Counted from the stretch's first letter, positions 19,301-27,123 are shown. The stretch: DNA of 54,079 nt from an uncultured Methanosarcinales archaeon (GCA_964501945.1 CAZCTY010000003.1:1-54079), one strand, 5' to 3'. Notes: generated by a model not told the origin, from the sequence alone. A program made the numbers and translations.

Positions 19301-19882
19301 TATCTCAGCCTCATTCATCTTTTCCTCGACTCTTTGAAGCTCCCTTAGCGCTTTTTGCTTCTTATTCTCATAAATACTAATACCTGCGATTTCTTCAATG
19401 ATCTGCCTACGCTCATTACCAGACATTTCAACTAATTTAACAATATCCCCTTGCAAAATAATATTATAACCATCAGGATTTATTTTCGCCTTGCTTAACA
19501 AATCAAGAATTTGATTCCGCGTAACCGATTTATCATTAACCTTATACACAGACTGACCACTACTTTTAACAAGACGCGTAATTTTTATAACCTCGTCCTC
19601 GCCACCAAAAACCTTGTTAGAATTATCAAAGAAAATAGAAACCTCACCTTCTTTTGCAGGCTTTTTTGTCTTACCACCATTATAAATTAAATTAGCAGTT
19701 TTTTCAGCACGCAACCCCTTCGCCCCAGCCTTACCCAAAACAAAACAGAGCGCATCCAAAATATTAGACTTGCCAGAACCGTTAGGACCTAGAACGCAAT
19801 TAAAGTCATCACTAAAAGGCACCTCTATTTTCCTAGCAAATGATTTAAACCCCTTTAATTCAATCTTAAGTATTTTAGTCAT
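16397..19882 (-). CDS. smc: Chromosome segregation protein SMC
   Basis: GFKSF, Walker A GPNGSGKSN, Q-loop ILQGD, coiled coils, hinge (ATFIPLNKI; TMSGDL...GAMQGG), LSGGEK, ILDEVDAALD, ISH. Confidence 0.97.
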   Translation of the reverse strand: MTKILKIELKGFKSFARKIEVPFSDDFNCVLGPNGSGKSNILDALCFVLGKAGAKGLRAEKTANLIYNGGKTKKPAKEGEVSIFFDNSNKVFGGEDEVIKITRLVKSSGQSVYKVNDKSVTRNQILDLLSKAKINPDGYNIILQGDIVKLVEMSGNERRQIIEEIAGISIYENKKQKALRELQRVEEKMNEAEIILTERKAHLKELKSDRDKALKFKDLDEKIKRNKATVLFDELNTKEKKSSQLDADVKKLSDEISKAEGRVQSSREKIDSLKKQVDDINKEIEQKGEREQVELQKEIEKIKVDLAVNKQRVSTIDVELEKIEARRKELSSSFEETDSKLKILIKSKKEAETEIKNKELEIERIDKKIEEFRKKNKLEDASEIDKKIEEADNNIESLQEKVNSLRESQQDIIREKDKVENKLNTIDEKINKLLSVKKEHKEALDKLKSMKTEFKKTASELNQALSEDASISAQLSTAHNKLLSKKEELAKLEARTAALREQTAGGQAIKEVLDLNLKGVYGVISELGNVKSEHSLALEIAAGARINSIVTDSDETAAKCINHLKKSKTGVATFIPLNKIKTAGVNESLRGLKGRGVVGLALDLVSFDKKYEKAFQFVFGNTLVVEDVSSARKIGVGGTRMVTMSGDLVEVSGAMQGGHRHRAKKAGFVEKETKDAIVKLSEEISDLESVNSRLTQSRKDNDELINRLREFKANLEGDIIKLEKSLRLESDDMDADRSVKKELQESLKKLDGEYEDVSSKISAANSELARAKIEKQKLREQINQLRNPALLAELTSYEQKKSELKNKIVELRGDIKNSNYQIESVLGPEKESTSNIFKQLDREEKDFLGERKNLLSSIKSQEKDLVLKEGKQKKFYEKFKGLFKKREDFSKKIGDEEAKILKENEFVRIREQKVNAQNLENAALKSEVARIKVELEDYEGVAPYKDKDIAAVKKEIKEFEKMLDDFGSVNMRALDVYDSVEREYQKLHEKKEKLKIEKEDVLVMINEVDSKKKELFLKTYDVVNHNFKEIFNTLSTKGEATLNLENPKDIFENGLTIKVKLSGTKYMDIRSLSGGEKTLTALAFLFAVQEHDPAAFYILDEVDAALDKKNSERLARLVKQYSKRAQYIIISHNDAVINEADTLFGISMNEHGESKVTSLKI

Positions 19883-19986
19883 CTAAACTAACACCTACAC
19901 ACTAATGAAACATCACTAAATAGTATTTAAATCTATTCTTTTTAAAACAACAGAGAATATGAAAAATAAATAAAAAAATAGCAAAG

Positions 19987-19994
19987 TTTAAATA
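19987..19994 (+). promoter_or_regulatory. Candidate archaeal TATA box for the uORF/zinc-finger transcript
   Basis: TTTAAATA preceded by a purine-rich BRE-like tract, about 26 nt upstream of ATG 20020. Confidence 0.4.
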
Positions 19995-20019
19995 CCAAAA
20001 AAAAGAAATGAGCAATAAA

Positions 20020-20112
20020 ATGAATGATATATGCAATATTAGGACAAAGTATGTATTTTACCTAGATTGCAATACATTCATTAAAAAACACAACATGCCC
20101 TTCTGGCTTTGA
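20020..20112 (+). CDS. Possible 30-aa leader peptide (uORF) upstream of the zinc-finger gene
   Basis: MNDICNIRTKYVFYLDCNTFIKKHNMPFWL*, with an in-frame alternative ATG at 20008. The stop lies in the 5' arm of a long hairpin. No homology support. Confidence 0.3.
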   Translation: MNDICNIRTKYVFYLDCNTFIKKHNMPFWL

Positions 20113-20160
20113 AATCAAAACTTTTATTCTTAGGATTTCAAAACAAGCCAAAAAGAAGGG
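20098..20160. repeat. Long imperfect inverted repeat (stem-loop)
   Basis: CCCTTCT/AGAAGGG, GGCT/AGCC and TTGAAATC/GATTTCAA pair in nested order, with A-rich bulges on the 3' side. Confidence 0.7.
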
Positions 20161-20232
20161 CCGGACAAGTTAATTCTGAGAATAAAAAGATGATTTAGAG
20201 CCGAAGGTATAATAAAACCGGAGGTGGTGAAG

Positions 20233-20565
20233 ATGCAAGAGTGTGTTTTGTGTAAAGAGTACATAACAAACCCGTTATGTCCAAGCTGTATATCCGAGCA
20301 AGTAAAAGATTGGCTTGGAGAAAAGAAGCCAGAGCTAATAAACGAGCTAAGCCAAGAGACAGAAAAGATGACTTTAGGCAAGTTTAATGAAAATGAATGC
20401 ATAAAATGCAAAGGCTTCATGGACATATGTACCTATTGCCACACAGAACACATTCTTGATTGGCTTAAAATGAAAGACATGCCTCAAAGCGAGATAGAAG
20501 AATTTGTGAAATTTTTTCACTTTGACCTAGAGCGCAAAGGATACACGAGGAACTTTCAAATATAA
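20233..20565 (+). CDS. Small protein with two tandem C4 zinc-finger modules
   Basis: CVLC-x8-CPSC...DWL and CIKC-x6-CTYC...DWL. Strong SD GGAGGTG before ATG 20233. Confidence 0.8.
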   Translation: MQECVLCKEYITNPLCPSCISEQVKDWLGEKKPELINELSQETEKMTLGKFNENECIKCKGFMDICTYCHTEHILDWLKMKDMPQSEIEEFVKFFHFDLERKGYTRNFQI

Positions 20566-20573
20566 TTATTTTT

Positions 20574-21524
20574 TTATTTTTTCACTTTTTCATTTAATGG
20601 CAGAAAAACACCATTTGCTATTTTATTAACGCTTCTAACATAAGTATTGCTAGGATTATAAGCACGAACCGCAGACCAATTCCTCTCACTACTATTTAAA
20701 TCTTGAAAATTAGCTGAAGAATCCCAATTATGACTTTTTAAATAATTAGAAACAGAGGGAATCATACCCTCAATACTGAACAAATCATCAAAAGAATTTA
20801 TTTTAGAATAATAAACTACAGAAGATGGAAGCCATTGCCCTATACCAAAAGCCCCAGCATAAGAACTCTTCACAAAAGATAAATCCCTATTAAACATCTC
20901 AGAGAGTTTTAAAACATAATTTAATTCCCTTAAAGCAAATTCTTGCCTGTCTAAAGTAACATATTGAGTTACCAAACTATTAATTAAATTATGACTTCCA
21001 AGATTCTTACTATCACCAAATTTTGTTTCAATACCTAAAATGCCAACAATAACTCTTAAATCAACACCTTGCTCTCTTTGAGTTTTAATCAAAAGATCAC
21101 TATGCTCTTGAGCAAATCCTTGCGCGTTTTCAACGAACCAATCTAAACCCACTCTCTTAGAGTATTCCTCAAAGCTTATCTCTTCCTCATCTGTAGATTT
21201 TAAAATATTATCTTGAAAAAAACGAGTCACATCATCATCAATTTTAACATTCCTAAAAAGCCTATAAATATCATTTTGAGCATGACCTTTTTTTTCTAAT
21301 GCTAATCTTAAACTTTTCAACTCATCAGCATACCCCTCACCGTAAGAATCTAACCAAAAAGTTTTTGCTAAATCATACTTATCAGAAAAATCCCTATCCT
21401 CAGCATACTTTGAAATTTCAACATCACCAAGAAAAAAACCATCTAAGCTTGAAAGATTAGAAGGACTATCAACTAGTTTAGGCGCTAAAAAAAACAAACC
21501 GGCCAAAAGACTTTTTTTAAGCAT
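20574..21524 (-). CDS. mltB: Lytic murein transglycosylase, MltB/SLT_2 family, with N-terminal hydrophobic export segment
   Basis: IVGILGIETKFG (catalytic Glu), SSYAGAFGIGQWLPSS, SVSNYLKSHNW, AYNPSNTYVRSV. Start 21524 or 21548. Confidence 0.85.
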   Translation of the reverse strand: MLKKSLLAGLFFLAPKLVDSPSNLSSLDGFFLGDVEISKYAEDRDFSDKYDLAKTFWLDSYGEGYADELKSLRLALEKKGHAQNDIYRLFRNVKIDDDVTRFFQDNILKSTDEEEISFEEYSKRVGLDWFVENAQGFAQEHSDLLIKTQREQGVDLRVIVGILGIETKFGDSKNLGSHNLINSLVTQYVTLDRQEFALRELNYVLKLSEMFNRDLSFVKSSYAGAFGIGQWLPSSVVYYSKINSFDDLFSIEGMIPSVSNYLKSHNWDSSANFQDLNSSERNWSAVRAYNPSNTYVRSVNKIANGVFLPLNEKVKK

Positions 21525-21594
21525 AAGTAAAAGAGAATAATGCAACATATATAATATTTAAGGAAATTAAAAAAATATAATTTGAAATGTTAAC

Positions 21595-21606
21595 TTTTAT
21601 ATAAAA
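21595..21606. promoter_or_regulatory. Palindromic TATA element between divergent mltB and photolyase genes
   Basis: TTTTATATAAAA is its own reverse complement and lies about 24 nt upstream of the photolyase ATG. Confidence 0.45.
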
Positions 21607-21629
21607 TAAAAAAAAGTAATGAATAACAA

Positions 21630-23009
21630 ATGGCAAAATACAAAAAAGCACTATATATTTTTAGAAGAGATCTAAGAATAGATGATAATACTGGCCTGAT
21701 AAACGCGCTCAAAACATCAAAAGAAGTTATACCCTTATTTGTTTTTGATGAGCGACAAAGAGGCCACGAATATTTTAGCAATAATGCGTTTGAATTTATG
21801 CTTAATTCCCTTGATGAGCTTGAAAAAGAGTTGCAAAAAAAAGGAGCAGAACTCGTAGTGCTTGAAGGAAATTTAGAGCTAATTCTCAAAGATTTAAAAG
21901 AATTAGAAGATATAGATGCCATATTCATAAATTCAGATTACACTCCTTTTAGTAAGGTGCGAGATGCACAAATTAGAAATATTTGTGAGAAATTAGACAT
22001 AAGTTTAATTGAGAACCACGATTATTTACTAAACCCGCCAGGAAGTGTTCTTAATGCGCAAGGAGAACCGTATAAAGTAGCTACAGCTTTTCAAAACAAG
22101 GCAATGACAATAGATGTTGAAAAGCCCAGGAGCAATAAATACACAAATTATGCAAAATCAAAAATAAATAAAAAAGCGAAAATAGGTGTTAGAGAAAAAA
22201 ATCCTCACATAATGGTTAGAGGAGGAAGAGTTGAAGGATTAAAGCTTATGAGAGAGATAGAGAATAAAAAAGACTATGATACAAACAGAGATTTTGTTTT
22301 TGAAGATGCCACAACTAAGCTCTCAGCCCATTTAAAATTTGGAACTATATCAGTAAGAGAACTTTATTGGCATTTGAGAGCAAAATTTTATTTCGCACAC
22401 CCCTTAATCAAGCAACTTTATTGGAGAGATTTTTTCACACATATAGCATATTTTTATCCGAAGGTTTTCAAAGAATCATTTAGAGAAGAATTTAAAAATA
22501 TAGAGTGGTGGGGAAAAAAAGACGAACTTGATGCATGGATGCAAGGTAAAACAGGATTTCCAATAGTTGATGCAGCTATGAGGCAAATAAATAAAACAGG
22601 GTGGATGCATGGGCGAGCGAGAATGATCGTAGGATCTTTTTTAGTTAAAAATCTCGGAATTAATTGGAGACTTGGCGAGAAATATTTTGCTCAAAAACTA
22701 GTAGATTACGATCCTTGCCTTAATAATGGAAACTGGCAATGGGTAGCTTCAACAGGCTGTGACGCGCAACCTTTTTTTAGAATATTTAATCCGCAGCTTC
22801 AACAAAAAAAGTTTGATAAAGATTGTAAATACATAAAAAAATGGTTACCTGAATTAGAAAATACTAGTAATTTTGAAATACACAATTTTTTAAACAAACC
22901 ACTAAGCTATGCAAAACCAATAATAAATTATAAAGACTCAATAATAAAAGCAAAAAACGAGTTCAAAAAAGCATTTGAAAAACATAAAAAAAACACGCAT
23001 GAGGCGTAG
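21630..23009 (+). CDS. phrB: Deoxyribodipyrimidine (CPD) photolyase, class I type
   Basis: FRRDLRIDDN, TTKLSAHLKFG, WRDFF, GKTGFPIVDAAMRQ, GWMHGRARM, LVDYD...NNGNWQW, RIFNP. Confidence 0.93.
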   Translation: MAKYKKALYIFRRDLRIDDNTGLINALKTSKEVIPLFVFDERQRGHEYFSNNAFEFMLNSLDELEKELQKKGAELVVLEGNLELILKDLKELEDIDAIFINSDYTPFSKVRDAQIRNICEKLDISLIENHDYLLNPPGSVLNAQGEPYKVATAFQNKAMTIDVEKPRSNKYTNYAKSKINKKAKIGVREKNPHIMVRGGRVEGLKLMREIENKKDYDTNRDFVFEDATTKLSAHLKFGTISVRELYWHLRAKFYFAHPLIKQLYWRDFFTHIAYFYPKVFKESFREEFKNIEWWGKKDELDAWMQGKTGFPIVDAAMRQINKTGWMHGRARMIVGSFLVKNLGINWRLGEKYFAQKLVDYDPCLNNGNWQWVASTGCDAQPFFRIFNPQLQQKKFDKDCKYIKKWLPELENTSNFEIHNFLNKPLSYAKPIINYKDSIIKAKNEFKKAFEKHKKNTHEA

Positions 23010-23104
23010 AAAAGCATTTTTTCTAAGAAAAAATTATTTTATTTTCATAAAAACTTATAAATATCAAAGTATTTAGGTATATATATAAGTATACTGTGGT
23101 AGTT

Positions 23105-23353
23105 ATGAGAGAAGCTAAAAAAAGAAGTGTGGCAAAAGCAATAAGCTTTAGGGCAATCGCAACACTAGTAACCATGACAATAATCTACTTTATTACAGGT
23201 AGCTTGTCTTTTGCAGGAGCAATAGGCGCATTTGATGTAATAATCAAACTGATAATTTATTACTACCACGAAAGATTGTGGGAAAAGCTAACCTGGGGAC
23301 GACCAAAAAACACACTCAATAAATACTTTGAAGAATACTCAGAAGAGCTATGA
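23105..23353 (+). CDS. Small membrane protein, DUF2061-like
   Basis: RSVAKAISFRAIAT...YYHERLW pattern. ATG 23105 or GTG 23096. Confidence 0.75.
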   Translation: MREAKKRSVAKAISFRAIATLVTMTIIYFITGSLSFAGAIGAFDVIIKLIIYYYHERLWEKLTWGRPKNTLNKYFEEYSEEL

Positions 23354-23360
23354 AAAAAAA

Positions 23361-23486
23361 TCATCCTTGAAGCTTTAAAAACTCTTGCTTACAATTCTCA
23401 CTACAAAAAGACTTACCTTGAAATAAAATAGAATCAGATATATCAACAGCCTTCCCACAATTTCCACATCTACTTATCGGAATCAT
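23361..23486 (-). CDS. 41-aa TRASH/YHS-like metal-binding microprotein
   Basis: Hand translation MIPISRCGNCGKAVDISDSILFQGKSFCSENCKQEFLKLQG* gives C-x2-C-x17-C-x3-C with the FCSxxC signature. Missed by the ORF track. Confidence 0.7.
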   Translation of the reverse strand: MIPISRCGNCGKAVDISDSILFQGKSFCSENCKQEFLKLQG

Positions 23487-23582
23487 AAAAAAGAGATAGA
23501 CCAATCTAATATATAACTCTTTCCCCTAAAAAAATAAAAAACATAGCAATATTTTTAAACAAAAACGCATTCTCATAAAAAT

Positions 23583-23741
23583 ATGAGCAGAAAAGATAAT
23601 AAAATAAACATGCCGTCATCAGGTGCAGGACTTACAAGATACTTCGATGCAACATATTCTAAGATTATGATTTCACCACAAGTAACAATCATCATGATTA
23701 TAGTATTAGTAGTAATTGTCCTACTATTATCAAACGCATAA
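23583..23741 (+). CDS. secG: Preprotein translocase subunit Sec61beta (archaeal SecG)
   Basis: Hand translation MSRKDNKINMPSSGAGLTRYFD...ISPQVTIIMIIVLVVIVLLLSNA*. MPSSGAGLxRYF motif and one C-terminal TM. Missed by the ORF track. Confidence 0.9.
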   Translation: MSRKDNKINMPSSGAGLTRYFDATYSKIMISPQVTIIMIIVLVVIVLLLSNA

Positions 23742-23768
23742 AGAAAATAATTCTTAGAGGTGAAAAAA

Positions 23769-24116
23769 ATGATTCCAGGCCTTAACCCAAAACAAATGAA
23801 ACAAGCAATGAAACAAATGGGTATAAAACAAGAAGATATACCTGCAACAGAAGTCATAATAAAAACACAAGAAAAAGAAATAGTAATCAAAGAACCATCA
23901 GTCCAAAAAGTGAACATGCAAGGACAAGAAACCTTCCAAGTATCAGGACAAATAGAAGAGGCAGAGATAGACAAAACCCCTGATATTAGCGAAGAAGATG
24001 TAGAAATGGTTATGACACAAACAAATTGCACAAAAGAAGAAGCTAAAGCCGCAATAGAAATATGCGAAGGAGACCTAGCTCAAGCAATAATTGAACTTAG
24101 CAACGCAAAAGAGTAA
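23769..24116 (+). CDS. nac: Nascent polypeptide-associated complex protein (aNAC) with UBA domain
   Basis: NPKQMKQAMKQMGI, EVIIK, QETFQVSG, EEDVEMVMTQT...EGDLAQAI. SD GAGGTG. Confidence 0.93.
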   Translation: MIPGLNPKQMKQAMKQMGIKQEDIPATEVIIKTQEKEIVIKEPSVQKVNMQGQETFQVSGQIEEAEIDKTPDISEEDVEMVMTQTNCTKEEAKAAIEICEGDLAQAIIELSNAKE

Positions 24117-24134
24117 AAAAAATTCTAAAACAAA

Positions 24135-25205
24135 TCAAAGCCTGTTTTCCATATAATTTTGAAAGCGATTCGCTAAAAACAAAGTAGCAGGCCCAGGATA
24201 AAACCTATTCGCAGCACTAGAACTAATAGAATGCGTCTCCCTTTCTTGCGGATAAAAATAAAAACCAACAACCCTATCAGATTCTAAAGAAAACGCGGGC
24301 CTATTTTTTAGATAAAGAGATCTACGCCCCGCAACATCAGGCTTTGATAACAATAAAGATTCGTCAAATAAAACCAAGCCACCACGATTAGATAAAAGAA
24401 AAAAATCCGAATTAAAAGAAAGATTGTTGTACGAGAAATCAGTTTCACTACGAAGCGAATCTAAAACAGATTGAGGAACGTCTTTTTTATACTCAACGAG
24501 CACCTTATTAAATTCATTCCCCTTCTCAGATGTACGCCTAGAACCATCCACGAATAAAGGCAACCAATTATCAGTATCAGTTGAAATAGATTTAATAACA
24601 GTTCTCGTCAAAAAATGATCTTTAAGTGAAAAAGTAACCTTTGAATCAGACACAGAAACATCTAAAAACTCATCAAATGAAATACCACGTTTATTCTCAC
24701 ACACACGAGGATCAAAAACACCATCCTCATAATTAAATTCAAATTCCGCGGGAACCTCTTGAGAAAAGTCAGAGGATAAAGACGAAAAATAAGAAGAAAA
24801 ATTCAACAACACATTAGCAAGACGCCCAGCAACATTTAATGAAGAATAATGCTGCGATACTAATTCAGATAAAGCTGAGCACTTCTCCCAATCATCAGCA
24901 AAAGCAACATAATTTTGATCCCCGCCAAACCTTTTAGAAATATCACTTATAAATTTAGAGTTAAAAGATAATTTCTCAGAAGAGAACAATAAAGGATGAT
25001 CAATAGATTTAGATAAAAAATCATCACCAAGCAACAAAGATATAGGAACATCATATTCTTTATTTAACCTAAAGAGCAAAGACGGCGAGGGCGGCAAAAT
25101 GTTTTGAGATAAAATCTCATCCAAATATAACCTAGAGACACCAAGTTTTTTAACAGAGCCCCCTCTAGGAAAAAAAGAACTTTTCAAATAATTAAAATCA
25201 GCCAC
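24135..25205 (-). CDS. Hypothetical protein with a probable N-terminal XRE/Cro-like HTH and an unrecognised C-terminal region
   Basis: KKLGVSRLYLDEI...PSPSLLFRLNKEYDVPISLLLG resembles XRE helices 2-5. The remainder was not recognised. Confidence 0.55.
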   Translation of the reverse strand: MADFNYLKSSFFPRGGSVKKLGVSRLYLDEILSQNILPPSPSLLFRLNKEYDVPISLLLGDDFLSKSIDHPLLFSSEKLSFNSKFISDISKRFGGDQNYVAFADDWEKCSALSELVSQHYSSLNVAGRLANVLLNFSSYFSSLSSDFSQEVPAEFEFNYEDGVFDPRVCENKRGISFDEFLDVSVSDSKVTFSLKDHFLTRTVIKSISTDTDNWLPLFVDGSRRTSEKGNEFNKVLVEYKKDVPQSVLDSLRSETDFSYNNLSFNSDFFLLSNRGGLVLFDESLLLSKPDVAGRRSLYLKNRPAFSLESDRVVGFYFYPQERETHSISSSAANRFYPGPATLFLANRFQNYMENRL

Positions 25206-25267
25206 GGTAAATTAGTAAATAATATAAAGAAATATATAAATATTTAGAAAAAAAAGATAAAAAAAAA

Positions 25268-25534
25268 TTATTCTTCGTCAGGAGAATAACTAGGAACTGC
25301 CGCTTTACTAATAATCATTATATCACCAATGTTTTTAACTAATTGATGAGGCACAATGACACCTTTCGCAGAACCTAAAACTTTAGCTAAAAAAGAATTC
25401 TTAGTTGCACGAACCTTCCAACCAAAAATCTTGGTTTCAGTAACAATTACTTCCTCAATGTCACCAAAATAATCACCTGAGTCAGTAAACACTCTCATAT
25501 CATAAGTTTCAGTAATTTTTTTCATTTTAAGCAT
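25268..25534 (-). CDS. PRC-barrel domain protein (CdpB-like archaeal cell-division family)
   Basis: VFTDSGDYFGDIEEV and VPHQLVKNIGDIMII, a typical PRC-barrel pattern. Confidence 0.8.
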   Translation of the reverse strand: MLKMKKITETYDMRVFTDSGDYFGDIEEVIVTETKIFGWKVRATKNSFLAKVLGSAKGVIVPHQLVKNIGDIMIISKAAVPSYSPDEE

Positions 25535-25606
25535 TTAATACCACCTGCCACTCCTTAAATTAAAAAAGAAAAGGAATTCATAATATATAAAGCTTTTGTT
25601 TTATTG

Positions 25607-26149
25607 CTATTCTTCAAATTTTAAAACGCGATACACAAAGACCTCCAAGCCATGCCTCCACGCATCAGGATTTAAACCAGCCTTCATAGATAAAGCATCC
25701 AAAAAATCTTCTTTAGAAGAAAATTCATCCCAAACCTGAGGCAGAAAAGTTGACTGAAAAAAACCTTTTTTTAAAATCACACCATGATCAGAAGAAATCT
25801 TGCCTAAAAGATCATCAACACCATCATAATTTACCTTCTCAGGAGGAGTTAGAACAGAAACTTCTATTTTTAAAACATCTAACTCAGATAAAGATAAAGG
25901 CTCAAAACGCTCATCATTAAAAGCTGCATTAACAGCGTTATTAATGACGTTTTTATACAACGGCTCAAAAGGCTCTAAGTGCCCGATACAGCCTCTTAAT
26001 TCATTATTAATTTTCAAAGTAACAAAACAACAACCATTTTTTTTAAGCTCTAAGGGAACATCCCCTACTTGCAACTCCTCATCTTTTAACTTAGCAGAAA
26101 TAGCATCCCTGGCAATTTTTAATAAAAAAGTTTTATGCTCATCCATCAT
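25607..26149 (-). CDS. amrA: AmmeMemoRadiSam system protein A (AMMECR1 family)
   Basis: CFVTL...LRGCIG, AAFNDERF, IEVSVL, HGVIL...STFLPQVW. Confidence 0.92.
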   Translation of the reverse strand: MMDEHKTFLLKIARDAISAKLKDEELQVGDVPLELKKNGCCFVTLKINNELRGCIGHLEPFEPLYKNVINNAVNAAFNDERFEPLSLSELDVLKIEVSVLTPPEKVNYDGVDDLLGKISSDHGVILKKGFFQSTFLPQVWDEFSSKEDFLDALSMKAGLNPDAWRHGLEVFVYRVLKFEE

Positions 26150-27123
26150 ATAAAAACACCTCCTAATGTTTTACCACAAGAACATTTTTCTCTAACAAAT
26201 ACAGCGACATTATGCTCCCGCCTAATTAAAACAGAACCACAATTATCACAATAAGTATTATTACCATAAGGAACGTTACCAATATAAATATTTTTCAAAC
26301 CAGCCTCCAAACCTATTTTTTTAGCAAGCTCTAAAGATTCAACAGACGTAAAATCAACATCTTTTAATTTATGTGCAGGATAAAACCTTGAGATATGCCA
26401 AGGAATATTTTTATCAATAGATGCAATAAATTTCGCAATCGCCTCAAAATTCTCTTTTGAATCATTTAAATTAGGAATTACCAAAGTAGTTACCTCAACC
26501 CAAACTTTTTCACGAACAAACCTTTTGATTGATTCAAGAACAGGATTAAGACTACCACCACAATGCTTTTTGTAAAAATCATCACTAAAAGATTTTAAAT
26601 CAATGTTAACTGCATCAATTACCTCAACGAAATGATCTAAGGCATTATTAGAAAAAAAACCATTAGAAACAAGAATGTTTTTCAACCCCGCATCTCTTGC
26701 AAGCCTCGCAGTATCTAAAGCATACTCAGCAAAAACCGCAGGCTCGTTATAAGTGTAGGAAATAGATTTACAATCATTTTGTAAAGCCAAAAAAACAGCT
26801 CTTTTAGGAGATAAATTTTTTTCAAAGTTAAAAGAGAGAGGCATGCTTATATCAAAATTTTGACAAAACACACACCTAAAATTACAACCAAGCGTGCCAA
26901 AAGAAAAAGTCTTAGAACCTGGAAGATAGTGATATAGAGGCTTTTTTTCAACGAAATCAACACCAAAAGAAGCAGCACAACCATACGCCTCAAGAAATAA
27001 TTCACCCCCTTTATTCTTACGAACAGAACAAATACCTCTACTACCCTCGGATATCAAACAAGAATGAGCACAAGCCAAACACCTAACAGCCCCCTTTTCT
27101 TTTTTACTCAAAAACGCCCTCAT
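26146..27123 (-). CDS. amrS: AmmeMemoRadiSam system radical SAM enzyme
   Basis: N-terminal CLACAHSC, EKKPLYH, GCNFRCVFCQN (CxxxCxxC), SYTYNEP, IDLK, HISRFYP. Confidence 0.93.
   Translation of the reverse strand: MRAFLSKKEKGAVRCLACAHSCLISEGSRGICSVRKNKGGELFLEAYGCAASFGVDFVEKKPLYHYLPGSKTFSFGTLGCNFRCVFCQNFDISMPLSFNFEKNLSPKRAVFLALQNDCKSISYTYNEPAVFAEYALDTARLARDAGLKNILVSNGFFSNNALDHFVEVIDAVNIDLKSFSDDFYKKHCGGSLNPVLESIKRFVREKVWVEVTTLVIPNLNDSKENFEAIAKFIASIDKNIPWHISRFYPAHKLKDVDFTSVESLELAKKIGLEAGLKNIYIGNVPYGNNTYCDNCGSVLIRREHNVAVFVREKCSCGKTLGGVFI

Noticed and set aside
16397-19882. SMC as part of a Wadjet/MksBEF or Rad50/SbcC defence or repair system
   Set aside because: It has a canonical hinge, and there are no neighbouring JetABD/MksEFG or Mre11 genes. 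It is an ordinary condensin SMC.
20105-20145. CRISPR-repeat-like words TTTGAAATC/GATTTCAAAAC
   Set aside because: They are inverted rather than direct repeats. There are no spacers and no cas genes. No CRISPR array was seen anywhere in the window.
20090-20225. TPP riboswitch resemblance (TGCCCTTCTG, CTGAGA, GGTATAAT...AGG)
   Set aside because: The GGGG/ACCC P2 pairing and the CCTGAT J2/4-P4 core are absent, and the downstream gene is unrelated to thiamine.
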